A stretch of 64,000 nucleotides of DNA, from NCBI RefSeq assembly GCF_006345805.1, contig NC_043010.1:17794001-17858000 (forward strand), read 5' to 3'. Under the pieces are notes generated by a model. The model saw only the letters and a program-made list of their open reading frames with translations, had not been told where the DNA came from and searched no databases. A program made the position numbers and the translations under genes. Each line of letters begins with the position of its first letter. Position 1 is the first letter of the stretch. The DNA is from Octopus sinensis. Lineage: Eukaryota. Positions 24,561-36,680 of this stretch are shown here, piece by piece.

Positions 24561-27500
24561 ATGGCAAATCTTAGAATCGGTTGCTTGAATGTGAGAGGCC
24601 TCGGGTCACCTTGGAAACAGGGTCACCTGTTAAACGACCTGAGGTTTCATGATGTGGATGTAGCAGCCATCAGTGAAACCAGGCTCTCCGACCCGCAGGA
24701 ACTCGCAGCCCTTTTCGGCGGATACGAGATATTTCTATCTCCGTGTCGGCCGGGAGCGGGCGGTGGTGGTACTGCGGTGTTGTTTCGGAAGGGCCTGGAC
24801 CTGAAAATAAGGACAGTCTTCTTGGATCCAGAAGGTAAGTTGGTGGTCCTCGACGTGGACGGTAGTGACGGCGGTGCTTTCAGACTGCTGGCTGCCTACG
24901 CTCCGACAGGAGCAGGGCAGTCGGATTATTTCAAACGTCTGGAAGTTTTCCTGGGAACGTCACGCACTCTAGTACTAGTTGGGGATTGGAACGCTGTCTT
25001 AGACGAACGTTTCGATCGGGTGGGCAGGGAGATCTGATAGGAGAGGGGGAGGGTGCAAGAGCCTCGCCAACCTACTCGGCCGCTTTCAGCTGTCCGACAG
25101 GTTTCGACTAGACAACCCGAATGTGCCAATGTGGACTTGGACAAACCGCATCGGGTCGTCTAGATCGTACTTAGATAGAGTGTTTTGTAGGCCAGCGGAT
25201 AAGGACAGCGTAGGGTGTCCACAATTCCACCTAGTCGAATATACGGACCACAAATTAGTGATCTGTACGGTCGACTTAGATAGGCTACATAGACAGGGAC
25301 CCGGCTACTGGAAGCTGAACGCGTCGTTAACGGCGTGCAAAGCTTACAGAGACCGGATTAGTTTACTAGTTAAGCGGGCGCTCACGGGGGCAATCATCAA
25401 CAACAACTGGTGGTTTGCCCTCAAGAGAGCAATTAGAGTAGAGTCGATTAGGTATAGTAAGACTCTAGCTATTGAACGTAGGAAGAGAGAGCGGGATTTA
25501 GTTAAGAAACTAGACGAGGCTCTTGACACTGGCATCGCGACCGACGTGTTGGCGGCAAGGTTGGCCCTCGACCAACACTTCAACGCCAAACACGAAGGCT
25601 GCGTTGTCAGAGCTAAGGCCGTTCGCTAAGCGGGGAGGGGACTAGAGCCGCTCTCATGGGCCCGCGTGGCGGAGGCGAAGCGAGGCAACAGAGCAACCAT
25701 TCGGTCTTTGGTGGACCAGAACGGGCGCGAGGTTACCCAACCGAAGCAGATGTGTACGGTGCTTCAGCGGCACTTTGCTCAACTGTTTGGGACGAGCGGT
25801 GGAACGGACACCAACGGTACAGACTTCGGTGTGTACCTGGACGGACTGCCGCAACTCTCGAACAGCGAGGCAGAGTGCTGCGAAGGACCGATATCTGCCT
25901 GGGAGTACAGGAAGCGATGAAGAGTTGCACGAGAGGTAGATCGCCGGGTTTGGATGGTCTGCCCTACGAGCTTTACTTTTCAATGCCAGACTTGTTTGCG
26001 GACCTGTTGGCAAACGTCTACTGCAACTGGCAGCAAACGGAGAATTCCTGCTTTTGTCTGTCGAGGGGTGGTGGCTTTGCTAAAGAAAGACCCAAACAAG
26101 GGGGACGTTATAGGGAATTCCGGCCCATCACTCTGCTCAATGCAGAGTTGAAGATTTTGCCAAGGTGCTAGCCAAGAGATTGGCGCTTGTCGTGGACAAG
26201 CTGGTCGGCGGGACGCAGACATGTGCCGTGCCGACCAGGTCGATACACGACAACCTCCATCTCATGCGCTACATCATAGAGAGGGTGGGTAACGACGCTG
26301 GCATGGGTGGGGCTTTGATCAACTTGGATCAGAGTAAAGCCTTCGATAGGGTCGACCATCGGTACCTGGCAGCTGTCCTCAAGGCAGCCGGCTTCGGTCC
26401 AGTCTTCCGCGGGTGGATCGCTGCTTTATACAGCAACATCTGCTCGGTGATACGGGTGAACGATCACCTTTCGGAACCGTTCGACATCTCGCGTTCGGTC
26501 CGCCAAGGATGCCCTCTCTCCTCCCTCTTGTACATTTTGACTCTCGAGCCATTACTGCGCAAGTTGGAGGCTTTGAGGGGCATCCCGCGCGATCTAGGAG
26601 GCGGAAACAGCGTGTCTGCTTATGCCGACGACAATGTTCTGAGACGCTAAACCAGTACGAAGCGGTGACAGGGGCAAAGATTAACGCGGAAAAGTCTGTG
26701 GGCTTGCAACTGGGCACCTGGAGAGGCAAGCCCATGCCGTCCAACAGCGTCGTAGGGCGCTGGACAGACGGACCCGTTAAACTGCTCGGGGTCTGGTTCG
26801 GTCCGGACCTCCAGGTGGATAAGAACTGGGAAGAGGTGACGAGCAGGGTGGCACGTCTCACCAAGAAATGGGCCGAGAGGAAGCTGTCCCTGAAAGGTCG
26901 AGCGGAGGTGGCGAATGCGTACATCGCATCCGTCATCTATTACCGCTTGACCGTCGTCCCTTGTCCCGACCGCTGGTTGGCCAAGCTGGTACGCCTGCTC
27001 TTCGACTTTTTGTGGAAGGGTCAGGTGCCACTGGTCAGGCGATCCATCTGCTGTCAACGACCGCTGAACGGAGGCCTTGGAATGCCGTGGTTGCTGTTGC
27101 GCAGACATGCGCTCAGGCTGCGGCATCTCAAGCGCTTCCTAGACGGTGAACAGGTGTGGTCGTCTTTTGTCAGACGCGATTTTCCGCAGCTCGTCTCTTT
27201 GACGGAGCTGCAGACCTGGATCAAACGTAGACCGAGAAAGGGCGCTTGGCACCTCGAGTGCCGTCAAGCCCTCCGCCCTCCACCAGGCGGGCAATGCGGT
27301 CGGTTACAGCTCCACTCTAGCGTTCTATAGAGGGTTAGTGGAGCAAAAATGCGACGACGTTCTCGGGGAAACTCTAGGCGTTGAAGACGACGAACTGAGC
27401 GGTCTGTTCGGGAGGACTTTCGGGCCGGGGCCGATGGATAATTTCCAGAGGTCTCTCGCCTGGCAGTGCTACCGAGGGGCTCTGCCTGTTCGAGATAAAC

Positions 27501-27950
27501 TCTACCGGCACGGAAGTGCCGTCAGCCGGGCCTGCCCGAGGTGTTGCCAGGACGACGAAACCGTTCTGCACGCACTCGTCCAGTGCCCGAGTATTGCTGA
27601 AATATGGGTTTATGTCGAACAGCTACTGTCACGTGTAGGACGGATCCGACTATCGACCGAATCCATAGTGAAGATTGCCCCGCCGACCTCCTTTAACAAG
27701 GAGGGCGAGGCCGTTTTCTTGTGCCTTGTGGCTGTGGCGAAAGAAGTCGTGTGGTGGACTCGTTTGAAAGGGCTAAAGTCAGACACTTTCCTCTTTGGTC
27801 AAGGCCTCATCAACTTTTTCAAGTTTCACTTGAAAAGGAAGATGAGGTTAGAGAGGAAAGTGCTGTCCGATAGCAAGTTTTATGAAAGGTGGGTGATTGT
27901 GCGAGACTGGCCTGTATAAATGGACCAGTTCTCAGGTTTCGCCTGTGATT
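24561..27950 (+). pseudogene. LINE ORF2 (APE endonuclease, reverse transcriptase, C-terminal zinc finger), frameshifted
   Basis: LNVRGL, ISETR, GDWNA, SYLDRVF, TDHKLV; SPGLDGLP, RPITLLN, LDQSKAFDRVDH, RQGCPLS, YADD; CPRCCQDDETVLHALVQC. Confidence 0.92.
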
Positions 27951-28222
27951 TCAAAAAGGTAATACAAAAGGAGAAAAAGGGGACTCTCTACACCCCCTTT
28001 TTAGACCAGGCTCCCGTTGGCTTTTGTAGGGTTTTTTTCCACCAGGAACCTTTCGAGACGTCTCCCCCTTTTGGGAGTTTTTCATTGTTGAATTTTAAGT
28101 TGTTATAAAGATTTTTACTCGATGTTTTTAAAAAAACGGCAAAACCCTTTGTACCTTTCGTCCTGTCTTGTCCCTTTATGTAATCATGCGTGTCAGCCCT
28201 TGTGGCCAATAAAAAAGAATTG

Positions 28223-28271
<49 letters not shown>

Positions 28272-28274
<3 letters not shown>

Positions 28275-28570
28275 GAACACTCACAGCTTATTTTGCTGAG
28301 TATGATGGAAAGTGTCATCTGTGCACTGCCAGCAGATTAAGGCGACACTTGTTTACTGGTCATGCTTCAAGAACCCTGCAAAGAATTCTTGCAGTCCCAA
28401 GCAATGCTGGTTTTTGTAGGTGTTCTACCTTCACACTTGTACCGATCTTTTCCAGTCATGTTGGAAGTCGGGTGCTGATACTTCCAAGTGCACCAATTAC
28501 TATTAGTATCACGTCTACTACTCTCTTCATTGACCACAAACTTTGTATTTCCCACTTTAAATTGTCTTAG
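28272..28570 (-). mobile_element. R4/Dong-type LINE 3' end whose (TAA)n tail abuts the Tx1 element
   Basis: Minus translation IVIGALGSI..LEKIG..EHLQKPALLGTARILCRVLEA then stop, short UTR, (TAA)n. Confidence 0.8.
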
Positions 28571-28639
28571 TTGTTTATTATTGTTGTTGTTGTTGTTGTT
28601 GTTGTTGATGTCGTTATTTCTTTTTCTTCCAATCCTAAG

Positions 28640-28739
28640 TTATGATAAAAAATGCCTGGAAATGACTGGGAATCAGCCGTATGTATATTCCAACTATTCT
28701 GCTTACATCTTGGAAGAGTTTGGTCTTCGTTACGGTGTG
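28640..28739 (+). CDS. exon 9 (YDKKCLEM...ILEEFGLRYGV)
   Basis: cctaag| ... |gtgagt; 100 nt, phase 2 to 0; EF..RYGV motif. Confidence 0.85.
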
Positions 28740-30218
28740 GTGAGTGGATTTCTTTGCTCTTTATTCTCTGTAGCTTTGTTCTTGAATTCTAAACTATATT
28801 GAAATAATGGACATATTAAGAGGTAGAGTGATGATGTTAATTAGCAATTCCTCAGACGAACCAAAACTTTAATACCTCAAACTTGGGGAAGAGAAATGGA
28901 ACCAACCATGACATGGATTAACTGTTAAACTCTCTTGGTCGTTGCTGAACCATTTCCATACCAGTTTCTCTTCAACTAACTTTGCTTTACTCTTTTGTCT
29001 TTTACTGGTTTCACTCATTAGACTGTGGCCATGCTGGGGCACCACCTTGAAGAATTTTAGTTGAACAAATCGATCTCAGTACTTTTGGGGGACATAAACA
29101 CACCACCACCAGTTGTCAAGCAGTGGTGGGGGACAAACAGACACACACACACACATGCATAAGTACATATGTACATACATACATACATACATGTCTATAT
29201 ACAACGGGCCTCTTTTAGTTTCCATCTACCAAATCCACTCTCAAGGCTCTGGTTGTCCTGGGTGCCACACAGTGGTACTGAACACAGAACCATGTGGTTG
29301 GGAAGCAAACTTCTTACCACACACCCACACCTGCACCTATATACAAACAATGTCTATTTAAAAATTTTAATATTTCAATTAAAATCCTCCAACATGATTT
29401 TATGTAGATGGTGACGACGACGACAAAATTCTTCAAATTCTTGGTTGTTTTTGAATTTAATTGGAACTTGTAAACAGTGAATCTCATTAGAAAGATTAGT
29501 TTCAAGTTTTGGCGTAATGTCAGTCTCCGGAATATTGTTAAGAAATAGTTAATGGCACCTCCTCCTTCTTTGGGGAGCTGTGAATGGCAGCTTGGACTGT
29601 AATACATGAGTTTTCTTTGCAGTTTTCTCTTTCAGTCTATAAGGATGCACACAAAGTTCTGAATATTGGCTACATGTCATGGAATTGAAATCATATACAA
29701 TTGCATACATATATGCATATGTGAGTGCATGTGTGTGTGTATGCGTGTATGTGTGTGTGTATATATGTATGGTGGGGGGGTGGATGTGTATTCGCCATTT
29801 TCGAACACACAAAAAGTGTTACATTTACTTAGTTATTTTTTGCACAAACTGTTTATTATGAAATGTGGAAACAGTTTTGCCACACTTCTTCCATTTGGTC
29901 ACAATTCCATAGCTTCTCTTATTTCAAGAACTGAATTGCAGAAGTAAGACAAAACCTGTTGACACTTCTTCATAACAAATTCTACTTTTAATGAAATAAG
30001 CTAAAAGTGAATATAATTAGGTTTTGTCTTCTTAAATGATCAAACTCTTTTACAAAGTGTTTGTTTTATATAGTCACATTTCTATCCACATACTAAACAA
30101 ATGCAACTATGATATGTTTTTTTTAAATATATTTCCTAAAATCCATATTCTATCAAATTATGTTAATCTATAAAATATTGGCAAAATTTTTAAAGGATTT
30201 GTTTTTGTTTTTATACAG

Positions 30219-30371
30219 GGTTTCCTTTACAGGCTCATTGTTTACCTTGATTTACTTGTGAAATATTTTGATCAAAAATTCTCCAAGATTAAACACATAT
30301 ATCACACCCTTCAGACTATCTGGTCAACATTTCCTGAGGACAAACAAAATTTGACTGCCACTCAAAAAGAA
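30219..30371 (+). CDS. exon 10 (GFLYRLIVYLDLL...TATQKE)
   Basis: ttatacag| ... |gtaaga; 153 nt, phase 0 to 0. Confidence 0.85.
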
Positions 30372-30431
30372 GTAAGATTTTCTTCCAGTTGTGTTCTGTT
30401 TTTTTTTTCTGTTGATAAATCTGAAGTCTAC

Positions 30432-30930
30432 CATCATCATCATCATCATCATCATCATCGTTTAACATCCGCTTTCCATGCTAGCATGGGTTGGATGGTT
30501 TGACTGAGGGCTGGCGAACCAGATGGCTGCACCAGGCTCCAGTCGTGATCTGGCAGAGTTTCTACAGTTGGATGCCCTTCCTAACGCCAACCACTCCGAG
30601 AGTGTAGTGGGAGCTTTTACGTGCCGCCAGCATGAGGGCCAGTCAGGCGGTACTGGCAACGGCCACACTCAAATGGTGTTTTTTACATGCCACCTGCACA
30701 GGAGCCAGTCCAGCGGCACTGACAATGACCTCACTCGAATGTTTTTTCATGTGCCACCGGCACAAGTGCCAGTAAGGTGACGCTGGTAATGATCATGCTC
30801 GAATGGTCGCTGGTAATGATCACGCTCGAATGGTGCTTTTTACGTGCCACCAGCACGGAAGCCAGTTAGCCGCTCTGGCAACGATCACGCTCGGATGGTG
30901 CTCTTAGCGCTCCACTAGCACGGATGCCAT
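30432..30930 (-). mobile_element. Family C (GAT)n-tailed element with tandem ~60-bp subrepeats
   Basis: Reverse complement of 33420-33967. Confidence 0.8.
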
Positions 30931-32606
30931 TGTTTAAAACTTTCAAAACTGGTATTACTTAGAAATACTCAAATGTTTATAATGTTATGTTACAAGTCTG
31001 TAGATTCCACGTGTATGACAGATCTTACCACCATGCATTATCAAAGAATGTTTCTCTAAATACTTTGTACAGTATTTTGGTAATATACACATGGTTGGTT
31101 CCCTGCAAGACATTCGCTTAAAACATGTCCTTCTTCAATGATGCCATGAATAATATTCAGTCAAAGTCTATCCTGTTTCAATACTTTGACAATGCCTGAA
31201 TTTTTCCAAATGCATGAAACAGTTTGGGCAAGTGTTTTCTTCTAAAGCCCTGGGCCAACCAAAACCTTGTGAATGAATTCGGTTGATGGAGATTGAAAGA
31301 AGCCCTCTGTGAATGTATATGCGTGAGTATGCATGTTTGTGTATTCTTGTTTTGACATCACTTGATAGCTACAAATGCCATTCTGTCATACAAACTTTGT
31401 TTTTTCGTTTCTGATCTTCAGTGGAAAACATGTCTGGGCAAAGGGAAAACATTACTTTGTTTGGAAGCAGTTGAGGGTTGGTGACAGGAAGGGCACCAAG
31501 CTGTAGAAAATCTGCCTCAAATAATTCCATCATGTGACCCATGCAAGTATGGGAAAATTTGATGTTTAAATGATGATAATGATGATGAGAAAACATTTTG
31601 TGTAAATGATGATAATGATGATGATGATGTTGTAAGAAAGGAAATTAGTATTTATTTCAAATGAGCCTGGTGCAGCCATCTGGTTCGCCAGTCCTCAGTC
31701 AAATCGTCCAACCCATGCTAGTATGGAAAGCGGACCTTAAATGATGATGATGATAATGATTAGACCCACCACCACCACTCCCCATTTTAAGATTAAAAGC
31801 AATTCAGCTACTTCGTCCCATTCTTTTATTCAGAAATAATTTATATTTAAGACTGCATTATTGAATGTATTCTGTAGTTTTTTGTCTATTTCTAAGATGG
31901 CAGGGAATGGTTTGAGTGATATTTGGCTGATATTTCTAGCAGGTCCTGTGGCTATGCAGAGGGGCTCATGTAAAGGGACCTATATGCAGATGGTAGAAAG
32001 ATTCCCTTACATATACTTTTGAGCATTTAATTTCAATTCTTCAAAAAATATTTCTTTGTTACAAGTTTCTATAATCTTGTACCCATTCTTATTATTTATA
32101 TGAACAGAATCAGTAGAGCATTTGGACAGAATGTCTTGTGGTTGTATCCATTTATGTTCTGAGTTCAAATCCTATCAAAACTAACTTTGTCTTTCATCCT
32201 CCTGGAGTTGATAAAAAATAGTTTCAACCATATCCTGGAGTTAATTTAATTTTTTTTCCCTCCTTTCTATGAAATGTTTGACTTCATTCTTTACTTAGAA
32301 AGCATCATTTGTTAATGTGTGTCTTTCATGCTGGCAACAGGCTGCATGGTTTGACATGGCCTAACAGATCGGAGGACTTTTATTGTGCTTCAAAGGTCTT
32401 CTTTGATGACATCCAGCAGCTGAATGCCCCTCCTCATACCAACAACATTACAGAGTTCACTGGGTGCTTTTTTTCATGACTCCAGCACTAATGGGGTTAC
32501 CATGTAGTCTACAAGACTAACATCCCTTTCTACAGTAGAGTGAGAGGGGCAGCTTTATATATAAAACAAAAATTGGTTTGCTAATAAGGTTCCTTCTTAT
32601 TTTCAG

Positions 32607-32706
32607 ATTGAAATGCTACAAGAGATCCTGTCAAAATTCTTTTTGAATGCTGCAACATTTTTGCATGTGATTATCAAATCGGAACAAACAGATGCGGAAG
32701 CAATTG
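32607..32706 (+). CDS. exon 11 (IEMLQEILSKFF...DAEAI)
   Basis: attttcag| ... G|gtacaa; 100 nt, phase 0 to 1. Confidence 0.8.
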
Positions 32707-33419
32707 GTACAAGTTTTTGATATTTTTCTACACTTTAAGGCACAGAGCTGGCAGAATTGTTGGCACGCTAGGTTCAGCAGCATTTTGTCTGTCTTTATGT
32801 TCTGAGTTCAAATTCTGCTGAGGTCGATTTTGCCTTTTATCCTTTCAGGGTAGATAAAATAAGTAGCAGTTGAGCATGCGGGGGGGGGGGGGGGTCAATG
32901 AAATCAACTCTGCCCCTTGCCCTAAATCTGTCCAAGAAGGGGATCCCAACAAGTTGTTGCAGTTTGAGATTCTAAGAAGAAATGTGGGAGCATTGAGTAA
33001 TCTCTTATTGAGATAATTCAGAGAGATGGTGATATTAACAAAATATTCTAAAACTTGAAATTTCTCTCTTAGCTAGAGAAAGAAAACAACAACCTAATAG
33101 TAATTGTTAGCAGCTCTGAAAGAAAAGAGGAGACGATATCGGGAAATTAAGAATTTAATTTCAGAGGGGAAAATATCTTGTGTCTGTGATTAGGCCAGGT
33201 GACAGCTAGGAACATGTTTTACTGTTGTTGGAGCTCATCAGTGAAGTATAGCTTTCTCAAATACAGTTTGTTTGTTCAAAGTAGCAGAAAATATTAGAAT
33301 AAAATAGACAAAGTGAGGAAATAGTGTCTTTAGTTTGTGGTTATAGGGTGTTGGAAAATGAATCTTTGGCAATTAGTTGAAGGAATATGTTTTTTTAATG
33401 TGCTTTGGATACATTCGAT

Positions 33420-33935
33420 GACTGGCATCCGTACTAGCAGGGTGCAAAGAGCACAATACGAGCGTGATCGTTGACAGAGTGGCTAACCGGCTTTCATGCC
33501 AGTGGCACATAAAAGGCACCATTTGAGTGTGATCGTTACCAGCATCACCTTACTGGCACTTGTGCGTGTGCTAGTAGGGTGCCAAGAGTACCATCCGAGC
33601 GTGATTGTTGCCAGAGCAGCCAACCGGCTTCCGTGCCGGTGGCATGTATAAGGGCACCATTTGAGCATGATCGTTACCAACATCGCCTTACTGGTACCTG
33701 TGTCGGTGGAATGTGTAAAAGATTCGAGCAAGGTCGTTGCCAGTACCGCCTGACTGACCCCGTGCCAGTGGCACGTAAAAAGCACCCCAAACACTCTCGA
33801 AGTGGTTGGCATTAGGAAGGGCATCAAGCTGTAGAAACTCTGCCAAATCAAGATTGGAGCCTGGTGCAGCCATCTGGTTCGCCAGCCCTCAGTCAAAATC
33901 GTCCAACTCATGCTAGCATGGAAAGCGGACGTTAA

Positions 33936-33967
<32 letters not shown>
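33420..33967 (+). mobile_element. Family C (GAT)n-tailed element with tandem ~60-bp subrepeats
   Basis: Repeating gtgcc(a/g)gtggca..taaaa.gcacc...gagcgtgatcgttgccag units, then conserved tail and (GAT)n. Confidence 0.8.
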
Positions 33968-33968
<1 letters not shown>

Positions 33969-35423
33969 TGAAGATCTTAATGATAATTAATGATCTGTAA
34001 AAGTCTGTAAGTTTTACAGCCCCACTGAACAAAAATCTGTTAAGAATTAACTTAAAACTCCTATAGTAAAGCATCTGACATGTGAATTTACTAAAGTTTA
34101 TTCATTATCATAATGTAACTCTAAAGTGAAAACAAAATAGAGAAATACACACGCCTATTCAAATATGTATAACAATTTCAAAGGATTTAAATAAAACTAT
34201 TTTGTATACTCCTTCAATATTACGCCACCCTCAGTTGAGGGGTCTCTGTCTTGCAAGCTACTTGGTGGCCTCACTGGTGCAGGTGCCATGTAAAAAGCAC
34301 CCGGTACACTCTGGGGAATGGTTGTTGTTAAGAAGGGCATCCAGCTGTAGAAACCATGCCCCCAACAAGAAAATAGAATATGATGCAGTTCTCTGGTTTG
34401 CCAGCTCTTGCTGAATTGTCCTGCTCAGGGCAGCATGGAATGCAAATGTTAAACGGTGATGATAACGACAATGTTAATGATGATGATGGTGGTGGTGGTG
34501 GTGGTGGTGGTGGAGGCGGAGGCAGCGGTGGTGGCCGCGGCAGCGATGGCGGTGGCAGCAGTGATGACAACGATGACTCGTTTGCTCTCACTGAATTCAT
34601 GATGGGACAGTCTGCAGCTTCAGAAAACTCTAAACCCTACAAACTCAGCTGTGTCTCTTTGTTACAAAACGTCTCTTAGAATATTTAATAGTCTTTCCAG
34701 AAGGCTATGAATGCCAGTCATCCAAACTCTTATAAGATTCTTTTTTAAATGCATCTGAACAGGTAATCCATTTAAGGTAAACATTTTGTTTCACCTGAAG
34801 TAAACTTTTTTCTCATTCTGCTCACAAACTTCAGAATGTTTCATTATTATCGTTATAACTGAAGACATGCATGAGTGAACAATGATAAATGTAACTGGAA
34901 AAAAAAAGTCTTAAATTTGTAAAATATTTTAAGCTCTTGCAGAATTTTATTTTGCTCTATTCCACAAAGTCTCTTTGAAAATATTCTTCTAATGTAATTC
35001 TGTATTCTTTTCTATTTTCAATGACCTTTGACCATTCTTCATATAAAATTCTCAATGCCAAAGCTTTTTATTATAAGAAATAATTTTATCTTGCTAATCA
35101 GATTTGTCATAGTCCATTTGATAATAATGAGTTTATTGTATAGAGTGTTAGGGATGCTGTAACTGCTTGGATGCACCACACTTGCCCCAGTATATTGCAG
35201 TGTTCAATATATTTTCCCATGAATCAATCTATTCCACAATTTGATATTTTGTTAAATTTCTATTTTCTACAGATCAAAAACTATAGATTACTGAACATTC
35301 TTCAGCATCTCTTTTAGTTCCTATCATATTCTTTATTTCCTGTATTATATTTCCCCAGTTAAAAGAATCCTTTTGTTTCCAATTACCATCACAATTCAAG
35401 TTGTCCCTAATTCGATATTTCAG

Positions 35424-35527
35424 ATTCGATGATAAAATCTTTTAATATCCTCCACCAGCTGAGTAAATACTTGAACGACATTCCAAACATGTTGGAAATG
35501 AAGACCGAGATATATTGTATGACTCAG
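35424..35527 (+). CDS. exon 12 (SMIKSFNIL...IYCMTQ)
   Basis: atttcag| ... CAG|gtaagc; 104 nt, phase 1 to 0. Confidence 0.85.
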
Positions 35528-36371
35528 GTAAGCAATTTGTTAAAGCATTCCACTACCTTTGTTACTGATTAAATCGTTTCACAATAAGCTGCCTGAGACT
35601 GTCCATGATTCTTGGTTTATGCCTTTCATTCTAAACAATTTTTCAAAAACAAGATGTCTTAGGTGGTGAATGGTTTCTTGAGTAACAAACTTACAAATCA
35701 GTAACAATGGTTTTGGTGGTAAGCTGGGAGTATCAGTGGGAGGAGAGTGTCAGTCTTTGTCTAGCTTTCACTCAGTGCAGATCCTTCTCTTGAATTTCTT
35801 GGGAGAAAATCAGTTTCAGCTTGCAAACATTTTGTGTGATGAACAAGCTTCAGGAATGAATTCAATTTGTAAACCAAAGTTCCACTGTACAAGCTTTCCG
35901 TTTTAAAGGGATCTAAAAACCTTCCATTGCAACTTCGCGTTATTTTAATTTCCAAATACAAAAACAAAACTGGCAGAATCATTAGCAATGTGGAACAAAA
36001 CGCTCAGAGACACACACTTCGGATTCTTTACATTCTGAATTCAAATCTCACTGAGGTCAACTTTGCCTTTCATACTTCCATGGGTGGGGGTCAATAAAAT
36101 AGAGGACCAGCCAATTGCTGCAGTCAATATAATCAACTTGCCTCTCCCCTCAATATTTTTTCCCCATAAATACATTTATATGCTATAAAAAGGAAAATGT
36201 GAGAAATTATGAATTTTTGGCAACCCCACTCCCTGACCCTGATTGTTTCTGTTTAGAAATTAAGATATCGAAGAGCCTGAGAAGGTCATTGCTGGCATTT
36301 ATCCACATTGGCTTAAAACAATTATGGAGATGTACTTGCATAGCAAGTGACTTGATCTGAGATCATGTGCT

Positions 36372-36680
36372 AAAACGAAAACAATTGCAGCATGGAAGGT
36401 GTTTGTAAGCCATTCAAGAACACACAAAAATTAGTTTCACTTCATTTAAATTTCATTTGTGTCAAAATATTTTCTTCGCTTTGAAACCGTGACCTGTTCA
36501 CTGACAAAACATCACAAAAGTGATGCAGCACGAAGTTTCGTCAGTGAACAGGTCACGGTTTCAAAGCGAAGAAATTATTTTGACACAAATGAAATTTAGA
36601 TGCTGGAGTGAAACTAACGGTTTTTGTGTGTTCTTGAATGGCCTACAAACGCCTTCCATGCTGCGATTATTGTTGATTTT
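36372..36680. repeat. Long inverted repeat (~140-bp arms, ~25-bp spacer) with a hammerhead-like motif in each arm
   Basis: gcagcatggaagg...cctgttcactgac versus gtcagtgaacagg...ccttccatgctgc. Confidence 0.85.

Larger units (their letters stand above)
22424..28222 (+). mobile_element. Near-full-length L1/Tx1-clade LINE (~5.8 kb)
   Basis: 5' UTR, ORF1, ORF2 (APE, RT, zinc finger), 3' UTR with AATAAA; (ATT)n on both sides; visibly GC-rich compared with flanks. Confidence 0.92.

Noticed and set aside
34380-34679. Gly/Asp-rich ORF and antisense poly-Pro ORF
   Set aside because: Arises from the (GAT)n/(GGT)n tail expansion of a family C element; no flanking splice sites fit the gene.
35272-35320. 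Candidate acceptor ttctacag before exon 12
   Set aside because: The required phase-1 frame hits TAG within a few codons; 35424 gives an open exon.
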